64,000 nucleotides of DNA. Source: an uncultured SAR116 cluster alpha proteobacterium (GTDB taxonomy: Bacteria; Pseudomonadota; Alphaproteobacteria; Puniceispirillales; Marisalimonadaceae). The notes below the pieces were generated by a model that did not search any database, was not told the DNA's origin, and saw nothing but the letters and a program-made list of their open reading frames with translations. Location: positions 351-64,350 of the forward strand of contig CACBVW010000004.1 in the NCBI GenBank assembly GCA_902542765.1. The letters are read 5' to 3'. This document shows positions 18,749 to 28,989 of the stretch, one piece after another. Position numbers and translations under genes: made by a program. Position 1 is the first letter of the stretch. The number at the start of each line of letters is the position of its first letter.

Positions 18749-19227
18749 GCAAAAATGAACTTACACATTTTGATAAAAAAGGAAACCCATCAATGGTTGA
18801 TATAAACCAAAAAGACTCTACCGTTCGCGTAGCTATTGCAACTGGCAAGATTATAATGAAAGCAAATACTCTTAAAAAAATATTAGATTTAGAAATTAAA
18901 AAGGGTGATGTTCTTAATGTAGCAAAATTAGCAGGTATCATGGCTGCAAAAAAAACAGATCAACTTATCCCTTTATGTCACTCTATTCCCTTATCATATG
19001 TTAATGTCGATTTAGAACCAAATATTGAAGAATCTTCTGTAAAAATTACTTCTGAAGCCTCTCTTGTTGGGAAAACTGGCGTTGAGATGGAGGCTTTAAC
19101 TGCAGTCTCAGTTGCTGGTCTTACCATTTATGACATGTGTAAAGCTATAGATAGAGAAATGACATTAACAAATATAAAACTTATTCACAAGTCTGGAGGC
19201 AAATCTGGAGAATTCAATGCAGTCTGA
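18745..19227 (+). CDS. moaC: cyclic pyranopterin monophosphate synthase
   Basis: LTHFD..MVD, LIPLCH, TGVEMEAL, YDMCKA, KSGGKSG. Confidence 0.97.
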   Translation: MSKNELTHFDKKGNPSMVDINQKDSTVRVAIATGKIIMKANTLKKILDLEIKKGDVLNVAKLAGIMAAKKTDQLIPLCHSIPLSYVNVDLEPNIEESSVKITSEASLVGKTGVEMEALTAVSVAGLTIYDMCKAIDREMTLTNIKLIHKSGGKSGEFNAV

Positions 19228-20449
19228 TTTGCTGTCCTTAGATGAAGCAATCAATAAAATTAAATCAAGCTTTCAGAAAATTAGTAATGAAGAAATTTTT
19301 CTAAAAGATGCTCTAGGAAGATGCCTTGCCAAACCCATTATAAGCAAAGTAGACAATCCTAAATATGACGTTTCTTCAATGGATGGATATGCTGTAAATC
19401 ACAAAGATTTTACTAAGATAAAAGACAGCATAATTAAAAAGTTTAAAATTGTTGGAGAATCCTCTGCAGGCGCTCCTTTCTCAAAAAAAATCAATGCTCA
19501 AGAAACAGTTAGAATTTTTACAGGTGCTAAATTACCTAAAGGAAGCAATACTGTAATTATTCAAGAGGATGTAAAAGTTTTAAACAATGGAAATTTTATA
19601 ATAATTGAAGGAACTCCAAAGAAAAATCAGTTTGTTCGTAAAAAAGGATTAGATTTTAAAAAAAACAACATCCTTTTTAAAGAAGGTATAATTCTAAAAT
19701 CACGTCACCTTGGATCTATTGCTATGACTGGACAAGCTTGGTTGACAGTATCAAGAAAACCAACAGTCTCTATTTTATCTACTGGCAATGAAATTTTAAA
19801 AGTAGGAGAGCAAATATCAAAGGATAAAATTCCTAGTGGAAACAGCCTTATGTTAGCATCTATGGTCCAAGAGTTTGGAGGAATAGCTAGAATTTTGCCA
19901 GTTGTTAAAGATAATTTACAAGATATTTATGAAATATTAGATAACGCTCTTGATAGTGATTTAATTATAACAACTGGAGGAGTTTCAGTTGGAAAATATG
20001 ATTTAATACAAAAAGCTTTATCAAAATTTAAGAACAAGATTGAATTTTGGAAAATAGCTATGAGGCCCGGAAAACCTTTACTTTTTTCAAAAATAAATAA
20101 TACTCCATTGATTGGATTACCTGGAAATCCTGTCTCTTCAGGTGTTTGCTCATTAATATTTGTAAATATAGCTATAAGAAAAATGTTAGGAGACAATAGC
20201 TATTTCCCTCTTTTGGAAAATGGTATTTTAAATGGTAAAATGTCTAAAAATGATAAAAGACTGGATTTTGTAAGAGCAAAATCAAGCTACAATAATGGTA
20301 TTTTAAACGTTACACCATTTAACATACAAGACAGCTCAATGATTACAAATTTTTCAAGAGCAGACTGTTTGATTGTAAGAAACCCATTCGAAAAATCAAT
20401 TAGCAATGGTGAGAATGTAAAAGTATTAAAATTCCCAAATAATATTTAA
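19217..20449 (+). CDS. moeA: molybdopterin molybdotransferase MoeA
   Basis: SSMDGYA, RIFTGA, STGNE, TTGGVSVG..D, MRPGKP, GLPGNPVS. Confidence 0.96.
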   Translation: MQSDLLSLDEAINKIKSSFQKISNEEIFLKDALGRCLAKPIISKVDNPKYDVSSMDGYAVNHKDFTKIKDSIIKKFKIVGESSAGAPFSKKINAQETVRIFTGAKLPKGSNTVIIQEDVKVLNNGNFIIIEGTPKKNQFVRKKGLDFKKNNILFKEGIILKSRHLGSIAMTGQAWLTVSRKPTVSILSTGNEILKVGEQISKDKIPSGNSLMLASMVQEFGGIARILPVVKDNLQDIYEILDNALDSDLIITTGGVSVGKYDLIQKALSKFKNKIEFWKIAMRPGKPLLFSKINNTPLIGLPGNPVSSGVCSLIFVNIAIRKMLGDNSYFPLLENGILNGKMSKNDKRLDFVRAKSSYNNGILNVTPFNIQDSSMITNFSRADCLIVRNPFEKSISNGENVKVLKFPNNI

Positions 20450-20477
20450 AACTTGTGTTTTGCTTAAAAATATATTA

Positions 20478-20492
20478 GAACAAAGAGTGAAC
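20478..20492 (+). promoter_or_regulatory. alphaproteobacterial LexA (SOS) box
   Basis: GAAC-AAAGAGT-GAAC (GAAC-N7-GAAC) ending 11 nt before the lexA ATG. Confidence 0.88.
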
Positions 20493-20503
20493 ATGAGGAA
20501 TTA

Positions 20504-21187
20504 ATGTTAACAAACAAACAAAATCAATTATTAAACTTCTTAATTCTGCGTATAGAAAAAGAAGGTGTTTCCCCATCTTATGAAGAAATTTGTTTAGAAC
20601 TTAATTTAAAATCTAAATCTGGTATTCACAGAATTGTAAAAGCTCTTGAAGAAAGAGGATATATTAAACATCTAGAAAATAAAGCTAGAGCAATTGCTCC
20701 AACTAAATATCCAAATGGGCAACCATATATTAGCAATGTGATCGATATTAATAAGTTACTACATCCAAAAGATAGAGATATTATAGAAACATCGAATGAA
20801 GACATTATAAAAATTCCAATGCTAGGGAAAATTGCAGCTGGAACTCCAATTGAAGCAATCTCAAATTATGACCAACTCATAGAAGTACCTAAAAATCATT
20901 TACTTTACAAAGAAAGCTTTGCATTAACTGTAGAAGGAGACTCAATGATAGACGAAGGTATATTTGATGGAGATACAGTTTTAATAAGTAAAACAACAAA
21001 TGTTAATAATGGAGATATTGTTGTTGCTTTAATAGACAACGAAGAAGCAACATTAAAAAAATTTAGAAAAAAAGGCGACAGTATCGCCCTTGAACCTGCT
21101 AACAAACATTATAAAACCCAAATATACGGACCAGACAGAGTTACAATACAAGGAAAAATGTGTGCACTTATAAGAAAATTTTTTTAA
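20504..21187 (+). CDS. lexA: SOS repressor LexA
   Basis: PSYEEI..LKSKSGIHR..LEERG wHTH; IAAG cleavage site; GDSM and TLKK catalytic dyad. Confidence 0.97.
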   Translation: MLTNKQNQLLNFLILRIEKEGVSPSYEEICLELNLKSKSGIHRIVKALEERGYIKHLENKARAIAPTKYPNGQPYISNVIDINKLLHPKDRDIIETSNEDIIKIPMLGKIAAGTPIEAISNYDQLIEVPKNHLLYKESFALTVEGDSMIDEGIFDGDTVLISKTTNVNNGDIVVALIDNEEATLKKFRKKGDSIALEPANKHYKTQIYGPDRVTIQGKMCALIRKFF

Positions 21188-21263
21188 AAATATATTAATA
21201 ATTCTTTAAATTTATATAAAATTATGTCAAATAATTTGATTTAATTTATTCAAGAGAAATAAT

Positions 21264-22637
21264 TTGAACGTAGTTACAAGATTTGCACCCTCTCCTACTG
21301 GTTATTTACATATTGGGGGAGCTAGAACTGCAATATTCAACTATTTGTTTGCAAAAAAACACTCAGGTAAATATTTGTTAAGAATTGAAGATACCGATAA
21401 AAAAAGATCTTCTGAAGAAGCCATTAAGGCTATACATGAAGGTTTAAATTGGCTGAATGTAAATTCTAAACATAATGTAGTTTACCAATCTCAAAACTTT
21501 AATTGTCATATTAAAGTTGCTCAAGAACTTTTAAGAAAAGGGCATGCTTACAAATGTTACTTAAATTCTGACGAATTAGAAAAATTAAGAATAAAAAGTC
21601 GGGAAAATGGTATCCCAATAAAATCACCATGGAGAAACAAAGAAGAACCACATGATAATAAAAACAAAGAATTTGTTATACGCTTAAAAATGCCATCGGA
21701 TGGTACAACAACAATTGATGATTTAGTTCAAGGAAAAGTGACTGTTAAAAATGAAATTCTAGATGATATGGTTATTTTAAGATCAGATAATACACCAACT
21801 TATATGCTATCTTCAGTTGTAGATGACAATTACATGGGAATTACCCACATAATCAGAGGTGATGATCATTTTAACAATGCATTTAGACAAATACAAATTA
21901 TTAAATATCTTAACTGGAATATACCATATTACGCGCACATACCTCTAATTCATGGAACAGATGGAGCCAAACTATCTAAAAGACACGGTGCAACAAGTCT
22001 TTTTGATTATCATGATTTAGGTTACACTAGTGAAGCAATGTTTTCATATTTACTTCAATTAGGATGGTCAGCTAAAAATGATGAAGACTATTGTATTGAC
22101 AGAGCAATAAAGTTATTTGCTCTTGAAGATGTAAGCAAGTCTCCAGCAAAATTTGATTTAAAAAAACTTAATAATATTAACGCCAAAAACCTAAATAGTA
22201 TGAAAATAAGTGATATTTACAAGTTGGTTATTGATAGATTTAAGCTCTCTTTAAATGATGAAAAACAAAAAAGATTTAAATCTTTACTACCTGAACTCCT
22301 AAAAAGAGTGCAAGTTTACACTGACTTAGAATTTGAATTTGATTGGCTTTTTGAAGAAGATTTTTTTTGTAAAGATAAAAATCTTCAATTAAAATTACAA
22401 AATCATAATTTAATGCTCAAAGAGATTGGATCACGACTAAAAGAGTGTGAATGGAGCGTAGAAAATATAAAAAACACACTTAATCAGTACATTCTAGATA
22501 AATCATTAACGTTTAAGGATATTGGACCAATCCTAAGAATGGCTTTAACTGGCAAAACTAATTCTCCTGATTTAGTTTCAATTATTTATGAACTAGGTTG
22601 TACTATTACTGTAAATCGATTAAATTATAAATATTAG
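21264..22637 (+). CDS. gltX: glutamate--tRNA ligase
   Basis: TRFAPSPTG.LHIGG, RIEDTD, IRGDDH, KLSKR; TTG start. Confidence 0.96.
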   Translation: MNVVTRFAPSPTGYLHIGGARTAIFNYLFAKKHSGKYLLRIEDTDKKRSSEEAIKAIHEGLNWLNVNSKHNVVYQSQNFNCHIKVAQELLRKGHAYKCYLNSDELEKLRIKSRENGIPIKSPWRNKEEPHDNKNKEFVIRLKMPSDGTTTIDDLVQGKVTVKNEILDDMVILRSDNTPTYMLSSVVDDNYMGITHIIRGDDHFNNAFRQIQIIKYLNWNIPYYAHIPLIHGTDGAKLSKRHGATSLFDYHDLGYTSEAMFSYLLQLGWSAKNDEDYCIDRAIKLFALEDVSKSPAKFDLKKLNNINAKNLNSMKISDIYKLVIDRFKLSLNDEKQKRFKSLLPELLKRVQVYTDLEFEFDWLFEEDFFCKDKNLQLKLQNHNLMLKEIGSRLKECEWSVENIKNTLNQYILDKSLTFKDIGPILRMALTGKTNSPDLVSIIYELGCTITVNRLNYKY

Positions 22638-22685
22638 TAATGAAAAAATCCAAATAATTCTTAGTAGTTAATATAGGTATTAAAC

Positions 22686-23987
22686 ATGTCATACGATTCG
22701 TCATCAGATAAAAATAAAATTGTCTTTAATGGTAAAGAAATGGAGTTAAAAACTTTGTCAGGGACTGTTGGGCCATCTGTGTTAGATATAAGATCACTCT
22801 ATAGTGATCTAGGTATCTTCACTTATGATCCAGGATACGGATCAACTGGTTCATGTGAGTCAGGAATCACCTATATAGACGGAGAAAAAGGAGTATTACT
22901 TCATAGAGGTTATCCCATTGACCAACTGGCTGAAAAAAGTAGTTTTTTAGAAGTAGCTTATTTATTGCTTAATGGAGATTTACCTAAAAAACCAGAAAAA
23001 GAAGAATTTGAAAATGCCATTACATATCACACTATGGTGCATGAACAATTAATAAATTTTTATAGAGGCTTTAGGCGTGATGCCCATCCAATGGCGATTA
23101 TGGTCGGTGTGGTTGGTGCTCTCTCATCATTTTACCCAGATTCAACAAATATAAATGATCCATATGAAAGACTTGTTTCTTCAAGAAGAATGATAGCCAA
23201 GATTCCAACTATAGCAGCAATGGCTTATAAATATTCACTAGGCCAACCTTTTAATTATCCTCAAAATGATTTAACTTATGCAGAAAATTTTTTACATATG
23301 TGCTTTTCTGTTCCAGCTGAAAAATATAAAATAGATCCAATAATCGCTAAAGCGATGGATAAAATATTAATTTTACATGCTGATCACGAACAAAATGCCT
23401 CAACTTCAACTGTAAGGATTGCTGGATCATCTGGTGCAAATCCCTTTGCTTGCATTGCAGCAGGTATTGCTTCGTTGTGGGGCCCTGCTCACGGTGGTGC
23501 AAACGAAGCTGTATTAAAAATGTTATCTGAAATAGGCACTGTAGACAGAATTGATGAATTCGTAAACAAAGCAAAAGATAAAAATGATCCTTTTAGATTA
23601 TTTGGATTTGGCCATAGAGTTTATAAAAATTATGATCCAAGAGCAGCTGTAATGAGAATTTCATGTCATGAAGTTTTAGATTTGTTAGGGATAAAAAATG
23701 ATCCACTTTTAGAAATAGCAATGGAATTGGAGAAAATTGCTCTCAACGATGATTATTTTATTGAAAAAAAGCTTTACCCTAATGTTGATTTTTATTCAGG
23801 AATAATTCTAAAAGCAATGGGTTTCCCCACAGATATGTTTACAGTCTTATTTGCGGTAGCTAGAACAGTTGGTTGGGTGGCGCAATGGAACGAAATGATC
23901 ACTGATCCAGTTCAAAGGATTGGCAGGCCTAGACAACTCTATACAGGCAACACGATTAGAGATTTTGTTGAGTTAAAAAATAGATAA
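22686..23987 (+). CDS. gltA: citrate synthase (type II)
   Basis: [35 protein letters not shown]. Confidence 0.98.
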   Translation: MSYDSSSDKNKIVFNGKEMELKTLSGTVGPSVLDIRSLYSDLGIFTYDPGYGSTGSCESGITYIDGEKGVLLHRGYPIDQLAEKSSFLEVAYLLLNGDLPKKPEKEEFENAITYHTMVHEQLINFYRGFRRDAHPMAIMVGVVGALSSFYPDSTNINDPYERLVSSRRMIAKIPTIAAMAYKYSLGQPFNYPQNDLTYAENFLHMCFSVPAEKYKIDPIIAKAMDKILILHADHEQNASTSTVRIAGSSGANPFACIAAGIASLWGPAHGGANEAVLKMLSEIGTVDRIDEFVNKAKDKNDPFRLFGFGHRVYKNYDPRAAVMRISCHEVLDLLGIKNDPLLEIAMELEKIALNDDYFIEKKLYPNVDFYSGIILKAMGFPTDMFTVLFAVARTVGWVAQWNEMITDPVQRIGRPRQLYTGNTIRDFVELKNR

Positions 23988-25184
23988 TTATCCTTTATAA
24001 TTATTAATTAGATTGATTACCATTTTACCAGAGTTAGTTGTAAAATTTGTTGTTTTAGAATTTAAATAACCCATGTCTTTAAGTATATTTTTTGAATAAT
24101 TCTTATATAGTTTATTTTGTATATCAATATTATTCATGAAATTAATTAACATTTTTTGCATTTGAATATAATTACATTTTTCTTGAAAAAGAAATGGTAC
24201 AACATTTTCTTTTAATAAAAAATTTGGTAAAATAACATTCTTAAAATTTACTAAAATTCTACCTATAAGAGCACTAATAAAATCTGTTTTATAGACGGCA
24301 ATAGTAGGAATTTTGAATAATACTAACTCTAGAGTGATTGTTCCACTGCACGCAATCGCAATACTTGCATGCTTAAGTATTTCATAATTATCTTCAAGTA
24401 TAATTACTTCTATAGGATAAGATTTTATTTCATTTACTTTTGATAAAACATTTAAGTATTCTGATTTAGTTATTGGTATAATCCAATTTACATTTTTAAA
24501 TTTATTATTTGTATTTTTTATTAATTTTATAAATTCAGGAAGAACATATTTTATTTCTCGATTTCTGCTCCCTGGTAGTAATAGGACATTAATTTTTTTT
24601 GAACTATACGCATCAATGTTTTTAGATTTTTTAGAATATTCTAAACCTAAAAATTTTTCTATGATTGGGTTTCCTAGATAAATACACTTAGTATCATATT
24701 TTTTAAAAATATCCTCTTCAATTTTATAAAGACAAATTAGTTCATCATGTATGTTTTTCCATTTTTTTAATCTTGATTTACCATAAGCCCATATTGTTGG
24801 AGGCACAAAATGGATTAAAGGACATTTGTAATTAGAATTTTTAAAAGCAGTTTTCAATGACTTTGCTAATGCAAGAGAAAAACCTTTAGTATCAATTGTA
24901 ATAACTATTTTTGGTTCTTCTTTTATAATAAATTTTACAAATTCATTAACATAATTTCTCAATTTTTTTAATTTTACAACAGTATTTAAAAAACCTATTA
25001 CATTAAATTCTTTTATATTGTATAGAGAGTTTAAGCCTTCATTTTTCATGTGGCTTCCACCAACTCCTAAAAATTTGATGTTATTATAATTTTTTTTAAC
25101 ACCTCTCATTATACAGGAACCTATATAATCACCTGAGGTTTCTCCTGCTAAAATAAAAATTTTATTCTTTTTGTCTAATTTCAT
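23988..25184 (-). CDS. lpxB: lipid-A-disaccharide synthase
   Basis: AGETSGD, P.IWA, LLPGSR..E, CSGT.TLE, LPN. Confidence 0.93.
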   Translation of the reverse strand: MKLDKKNKIFILAGETSGDYIGSCIMRGVKKNYNNIKFLGVGGSHMKNEGLNSLYNIKEFNVIGFLNTVVKLKKLRNYVNEFVKFIIKEEPKIVITIDTKGFSLALAKSLKTAFKNSNYKCPLIHFVPPTIWAYGKSRLKKWKNIHDELICLYKIEEDIFKKYDTKCIYLGNPIIEKFLGLEYSKKSKNIDAYSSKKINVLLLPGSRNREIKYVLPEFIKLIKNTNNKFKNVNWIIPITKSEYLNVLSKVNEIKSYPIEVIILEDNYEILKHASIAIACSGTITLELVLFKIPTIAVYKTDFISALIGRILVNFKNVILPNFLLKENVVPFLFQEKCNYIQMQKMLINFMNNIDIQNKLYKNYSKNILKDMGYLNSKTTNFTTNSGKMVINLINNYKG

Positions 25185-25220
25185 AATTTTATAATCAAAA
25201 TTAAAATTAAAATTAAAATT

Positions 25221-26030
25221 TTAAATTGCAAAAATGCAAAACTTGGTCTTTTTTAAATAGTCTTTAACAATGTTGATTTCTGTAATCAAAGTACCCATTG
25301 AAGATAACACGATTGAACTAAACCCTAATTCATTACATTTTTTTATTGTTTCTAAACCTATAACTGGTAAATCCAAATTAAAATTTTGATTTAATTTAGG
25401 AATTTTTATTAAAACTGGCCCAAAATTACTGTTTTGAAAGTAATTATTATATAATTCTCCTGCTCTAATTATCATTTCATCAGTACCTTCCAATGCTTCT
25501 ATTGCATATACTATAGAATTACTTACAACTACAGATTGACCAGCGTCAAATTCAGACATTTTATTAAGGAAATTACTACCAAACTTAGCATTTTGAATTA
25601 CGAAATCTTTTAGTTTTTTTGAAAAAAATTCTTCTTTGTAAAAACCTTTTGTAAAAAAACAGTCCTTAAGCATGGATTTAACTGATATTATTTCAAAACC
25701 ATTCTCATTAAAAAAATCTTCAATAAGATTTAAGGCCGAATTATCACCTAGAGAAAATGTTTTTTTTATTAGGTCATGAGATAATTCATCATCATGAAAT
25801 TTTTCATTTGAAATTCTATTAATCTTACCAGCCATTACCAAATGGGTTATTTTATTTTTCTTCAATACTGAAATCCAACTTAACGGATCATTTAAAGAAA
25901 TAACTTCAGAATTATTTTTAAATGCAGTTGTAGATGAATGATTTTCAATACACAAAACAAAAGCATCTGGGTTTTCTTTTGCAATTTGAATGGGAAAATC
26001 ACCACGACCAGCAATGATAGCTATTTTCAT
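25221..26030 (-). CDS. lpxI: UDP-2,3-diacylglucosamine diphosphatase LpxI
   Basis: IIAG.G.FP, D.GQ.VVV, EA.EGTD.MI.R, DLPVIG; between lpxA and lpxB. Confidence 0.9.
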   Translation of the reverse strand: MKIAIIAGRGDFPIQIAKENPDAFVLCIENHSSTTAFKNNSEVISLNDPLSWISVLKKNKITHLVMAGKINRISNEKFHDDELSHDLIKKTFSLGDNSALNLIEDFFNENGFEIISVKSMLKDCFFTKGFYKEEFFSKKLKDFVIQNAKFGSNFLNKMSEFDAGQSVVVSNSIVYAIEALEGTDEMIIRAGELYNNYFQNSNFGPVLIKIPKLNQNFNLDLPVIGLETIKKCNELGFSSIVLSSMGTLITEINIVKDYLKKTKFCIFAI

Positions 26031-26827
26031 TAGTGCTTACCCATTTTAGGGTGAACTAATGGACGGTTAAGATTTTTTTTTAGAAAAATTAATATTTCTT
26101 TTACTAATACATTTTTATTATAAGTTTCACTTACCTCTAAAAGTCTTTCATTAAACGTTCCTTCAGGAGCAAATAGAAGTCTATAAACATTTCTTAATGT
26201 CTTGATTTCATCTTTTTTAAAAGACCTCCTCTTTAAACCAACTAAATTTAAACCACTAAGATAACCTCTACTTCCAATAACTGATGTATAAGGTATAACG
26301 TCACCATCAATGGTAGTTCCAGCACCTATGATAGCATGTTTTCCAATTCTACAATATTGATGAACAGCACTTTGACCGCCTAAATAAACATAATCAGAAA
26401 TTTCTACATGTCCTCCAATAACTGCATTGTTTACAAATACAACATTATTTCCTACCAAACAATCATGAGCTACATGTGATCCAACCATAAAAAATCCGTT
26501 GTCACCAATAATTGTTTTTTTAATACCAACTTTTGTACCTGGATGAACAGTTACGTGTTCTCTAAATACATTATTATTACCAACTAAAAGCTCAGTCTTT
26601 TCACCTTGATATTTCAAATGTTGAGGATTAGACCCTAGTACAGCAAAAGAATAGATCTCATTATTTAATCCAATAGTGGTATTACCATCAATTACAACAT
26701 GAGAATGAATTTTAGAATTTTTTCCAATTTTAACATTTGGACCAATTATAGAATAGGCACCTATAGAAACGTTTTGGTCAATTTCACATCCATCATGAAT
26801 TATTGATGTTGGATGTATATTACTCAT
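26030..26827 (-). CDS. lpxA: UDP-N-acetylglucosamine acyltransferase
   Basis: Hexapeptide repeats, PQHLKY.GE, HVAHDC, VHQYCRIG, GLN.VGL.R. Confidence 0.96.
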   Translation of the reverse strand: MSNIHPTSIIHDGCEIDQNVSIGAYSIIGPNVKIGKNSKIHSHVVIDGNTTIGLNNEIYSFAVLGSNPQHLKYQGEKTELLVGNNNVFREHVTVHPGTKVGIKKTIIGDNGFFMVGSHVAHDCLVGNNVVFVNNAVIGGHVEISDYVYLGGQSAVHQYCRIGKHAIIGAGTTIDGDVIPYTSVIGSRGYLSGLNLVGLKRRSFKKDEIKTLRNVYRLLFAPEGTFNERLLEVSETYNKNVLVKEILIFLKKNLNRPLVHPKMGKH

Positions 26828-27303
26828 TTTGCTTTTTCCTCATTAACAAGCATCGCTGAAAATTCTGAAGATGCTACTAATTTATTTTGGACAAAAGCTT
26901 CACCGTTAAATTTATATAAAGATCGTTTGTTAGACATAAGATTTATTTTTAAAATTAGCTCATTCCCTGGAATAACTGGTTTTCTAAACTTAGCTTTTTC
27001 TATACCAGTAAAAAAAACAAGATTATTAGAGGATAAAGATTTGTCTTGATACGACACTAAACATGCGGCAGTTTGGGCCATAGATTCTAAAATCAAAACA
27101 CCAGGCATTACTGGACGCTCAGGAAAATGACCAGGGAAGTAAGGTTCATTAAATGTTACGGCTTTTATACCAGTAGCACTTTCATTAAATTTAATATCTG
27201 TTACTTTATCAATTAACAAAAGAGGATATCTATGAGGAATTAATTTAATAATATCATTATGTAAAAGTGTAATTATTTCACCTTTATCATCTTTTAAAAC
27301 CAT
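26824..27303 (-). CDS. fabZ: 3-hydroxyacyl-ACP dehydratase
   Basis: PHRYPLLLID, GHFP..PVMPGVL..E.MAQ. Confidence 0.96.
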   Translation of the reverse strand: MVLKDDKGEIITLLHNDIIKLIPHRYPLLLIDKVTDIKFNESATGIKAVTFNEPYFPGHFPERPVMPGVLILESMAQTAACLVSYQDKSLSSNNLVFFTGIEKAKFRKPVIPGNELILKINLMSNKRSLYKFNGEAFVQNKLVASSEFSAMLVNEEKAK

Positions 27304-27304
27304 A

Positions 27305-28357
27305 TCAGTTTTTCTTTCTTTTTTTGTAACTTAATCTTTGAGATGCTACTAATCTTTTCCAAGAGTTAATATCTTGAGCTGGACTTCCACCTATTTTGCT
27401 AGCTTTAGGAAAACTATTAAAAACTTTTGAAGCACCCGCTATGATAGATCCCTCCCCAATCTTTATATTATCTTTTACACTAACATCTCCACCTAAAATA
27501 ACGTTTTTTTCTAAAACAACTGAACCAGATAAACCGACTTGACCAGCTAAAATACAAAAATCACCTATAACACAGTTATGGCCGATATGTACTTGATTAT
27601 CAATCATTACATATTTACCAATTAGAGTTTTATCTATCAACCCTCTATCAATTGTACAACCAGACCCAATATTAGTACCTTCGTCAATAACAAGGCTTCC
27701 TACATGAGGGGTTAAAATTGTATTAGTGTTTTCTGGAATGAAACCAAATCCTATTTTACCTAAAACAGTGTTATGAGCTACATTTACTTTTTTATTTAAA
27801 ACTGTACATTCTATAACCACACCAGCGCCAATAAAACATTCTCTTCCTACTTTACAATTTGAGGAAATAGTTACTCGTTCAGAAATATATGTATTATCTT
27901 CAATAGTGACATCTTCACAAATAATAGAATATGCGCCTATAGAAACATTCTTTCCGATCTTAGCAGTTTTATGAACTACTGCTAATGGATGAATTTTATT
28001 TTCTTCGTTATTTTGTTGATTTATGGTTACATATTTTTTTAGAATTTTTGAAAATCCCATTTTAGGATTACAAAAAGGTATTTTAATAATATTCTTATTT
28101 AAAAATTTAAAATTCTTCTCTTCAGCTATACAAATCCCAGAAGATACATTTTTAAAATTACTTTTCATATTTGTAAAAAAAGATAATTTATTTTTTTTTA
28201 AATTTTCAAATGAAACTAAATCTTCAATATAAATTTTTTCTGGATGAATGAAATGATTCTCTCTTTTGAAAACAATATCATCTTTAGATATGTTTAAAAT
28301 ATCTAAGATATCTAATAAATTAATATTATGATTAAATTTAAAAAATTCTTTGTTCAT
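27305..28357 (-). CDS. lpxD: UDP-3-O-acylglucosamine N-acyltransferase
   Basis: GFGF, TIDRG, IDNQVHIGHN, hexapeptide repeats. Confidence 0.93.
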   Translation of the reverse strand: MNKEFFKFNHNINLLDILDILNISKDDIVFKRENHFIHPEKIYIEDLVSFENLKKNKLSFFTNMKSNFKNVSSGICIAEEKNFKFLNKNIIKIPFCNPKMGFSKILKKYVTINQQNNEENKIHPLAVVHKTAKIGKNVSIGAYSIICEDVTIEDNTYISERVTISSNCKVGRECFIGAGVVIECTVLNKKVNVAHNTVLGKIGFGFIPENTNTILTPHVGSLVIDEGTNIGSGCTIDRGLIDKTLIGKYVMIDNQVHIGHNCVIGDFCILAGQVGLSGSVVLEKNVILGGDVSVKDNIKIGEGSIIAGASKVFNSFPKASKIGGSPAQDINSWKRLVASQRLSYKKRKKN

Positions 28358-28369
28358 TTGTTTTCCTAA

Positions 28370-28969
28370 CTATTTAGGAGAATTAATTATAATCTTCATA
28401 GATTTTGTCTTATTATTGAATAATTCAAGAACCTCGTTAGTAAAATCAATGCTTTGATTATTAAATAAAAAAACGTTTTCTTTAAGCAAAACAACATTAA
28501 TATTTTTATTTATTGAAACATCCTTAATAATTTGAGCTAACAAATCCTTAATATCTTTTTGAATTTTTTGAAAAGACTTGTTCAACACAGCTCTCTCATC
28601 TTTATATTTTTTTTGGATTTTAAAAACTTCTTTTTTAAATAATTTCACTCTTTTTTTATATTCAGATTCTGTCAGCTTATTTTTATTTTTTTTTAAAATT
28701 TCCTCCTTTTGTTTAAGAAAAATTTGTTTTTGTTTAATTTTTTCATTAATTTCTTTCTCTAAAGTCAAGAATTTATTACCTAAGAGCTTCATAGCGTTTG
28801 AGCTTTTCAAAATATATCTAAAATCAATAATGCCTATTCTATCATTTACAACATTATTTGAGATATTTTGTATGTTAAGAATTCTATTTTTGTATTCATT
28901 ATTGTTTATATACTTAATGTGTTGATTGTCTAATAATGTTGAAAAAACAAGAAGATCAAAAAAAAACAT
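28370..28969 (-). CDS. skp: OmpH/Skp outer-membrane chaperone
   Basis: IGIID, long Lys-rich coiled coil, C-terminal IDFT.EVL; between bamA and lpxD. Confidence 0.8.
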   Translation of the reverse strand: MFFFDLLVFSTLLDNQHIKYINNNEYKNRILNIQNISNNVVNDRIGIIDFRYILKSSNAMKLLGNKFLTLEKEINEKIKQKQIFLKQKEEILKKNKNKLTESEYKKRVKLFKKEVFKIQKKYKDERAVLNKSFQKIQKDIKDLLAQIIKDVSINKNINVVLLKENVFLFNNQSIDFTNEVLELFNNKTKSMKIIINSPK

Positions 28970-28989
28970 ATAGAGTCCAATATTATAAT

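Noticed and set aside
25197-25220. (AAAATT)x4 tandem repeat between lpxI and lpxB
   Set aside because: Low-complexity AT spacer; too short to support a contingency locus or array
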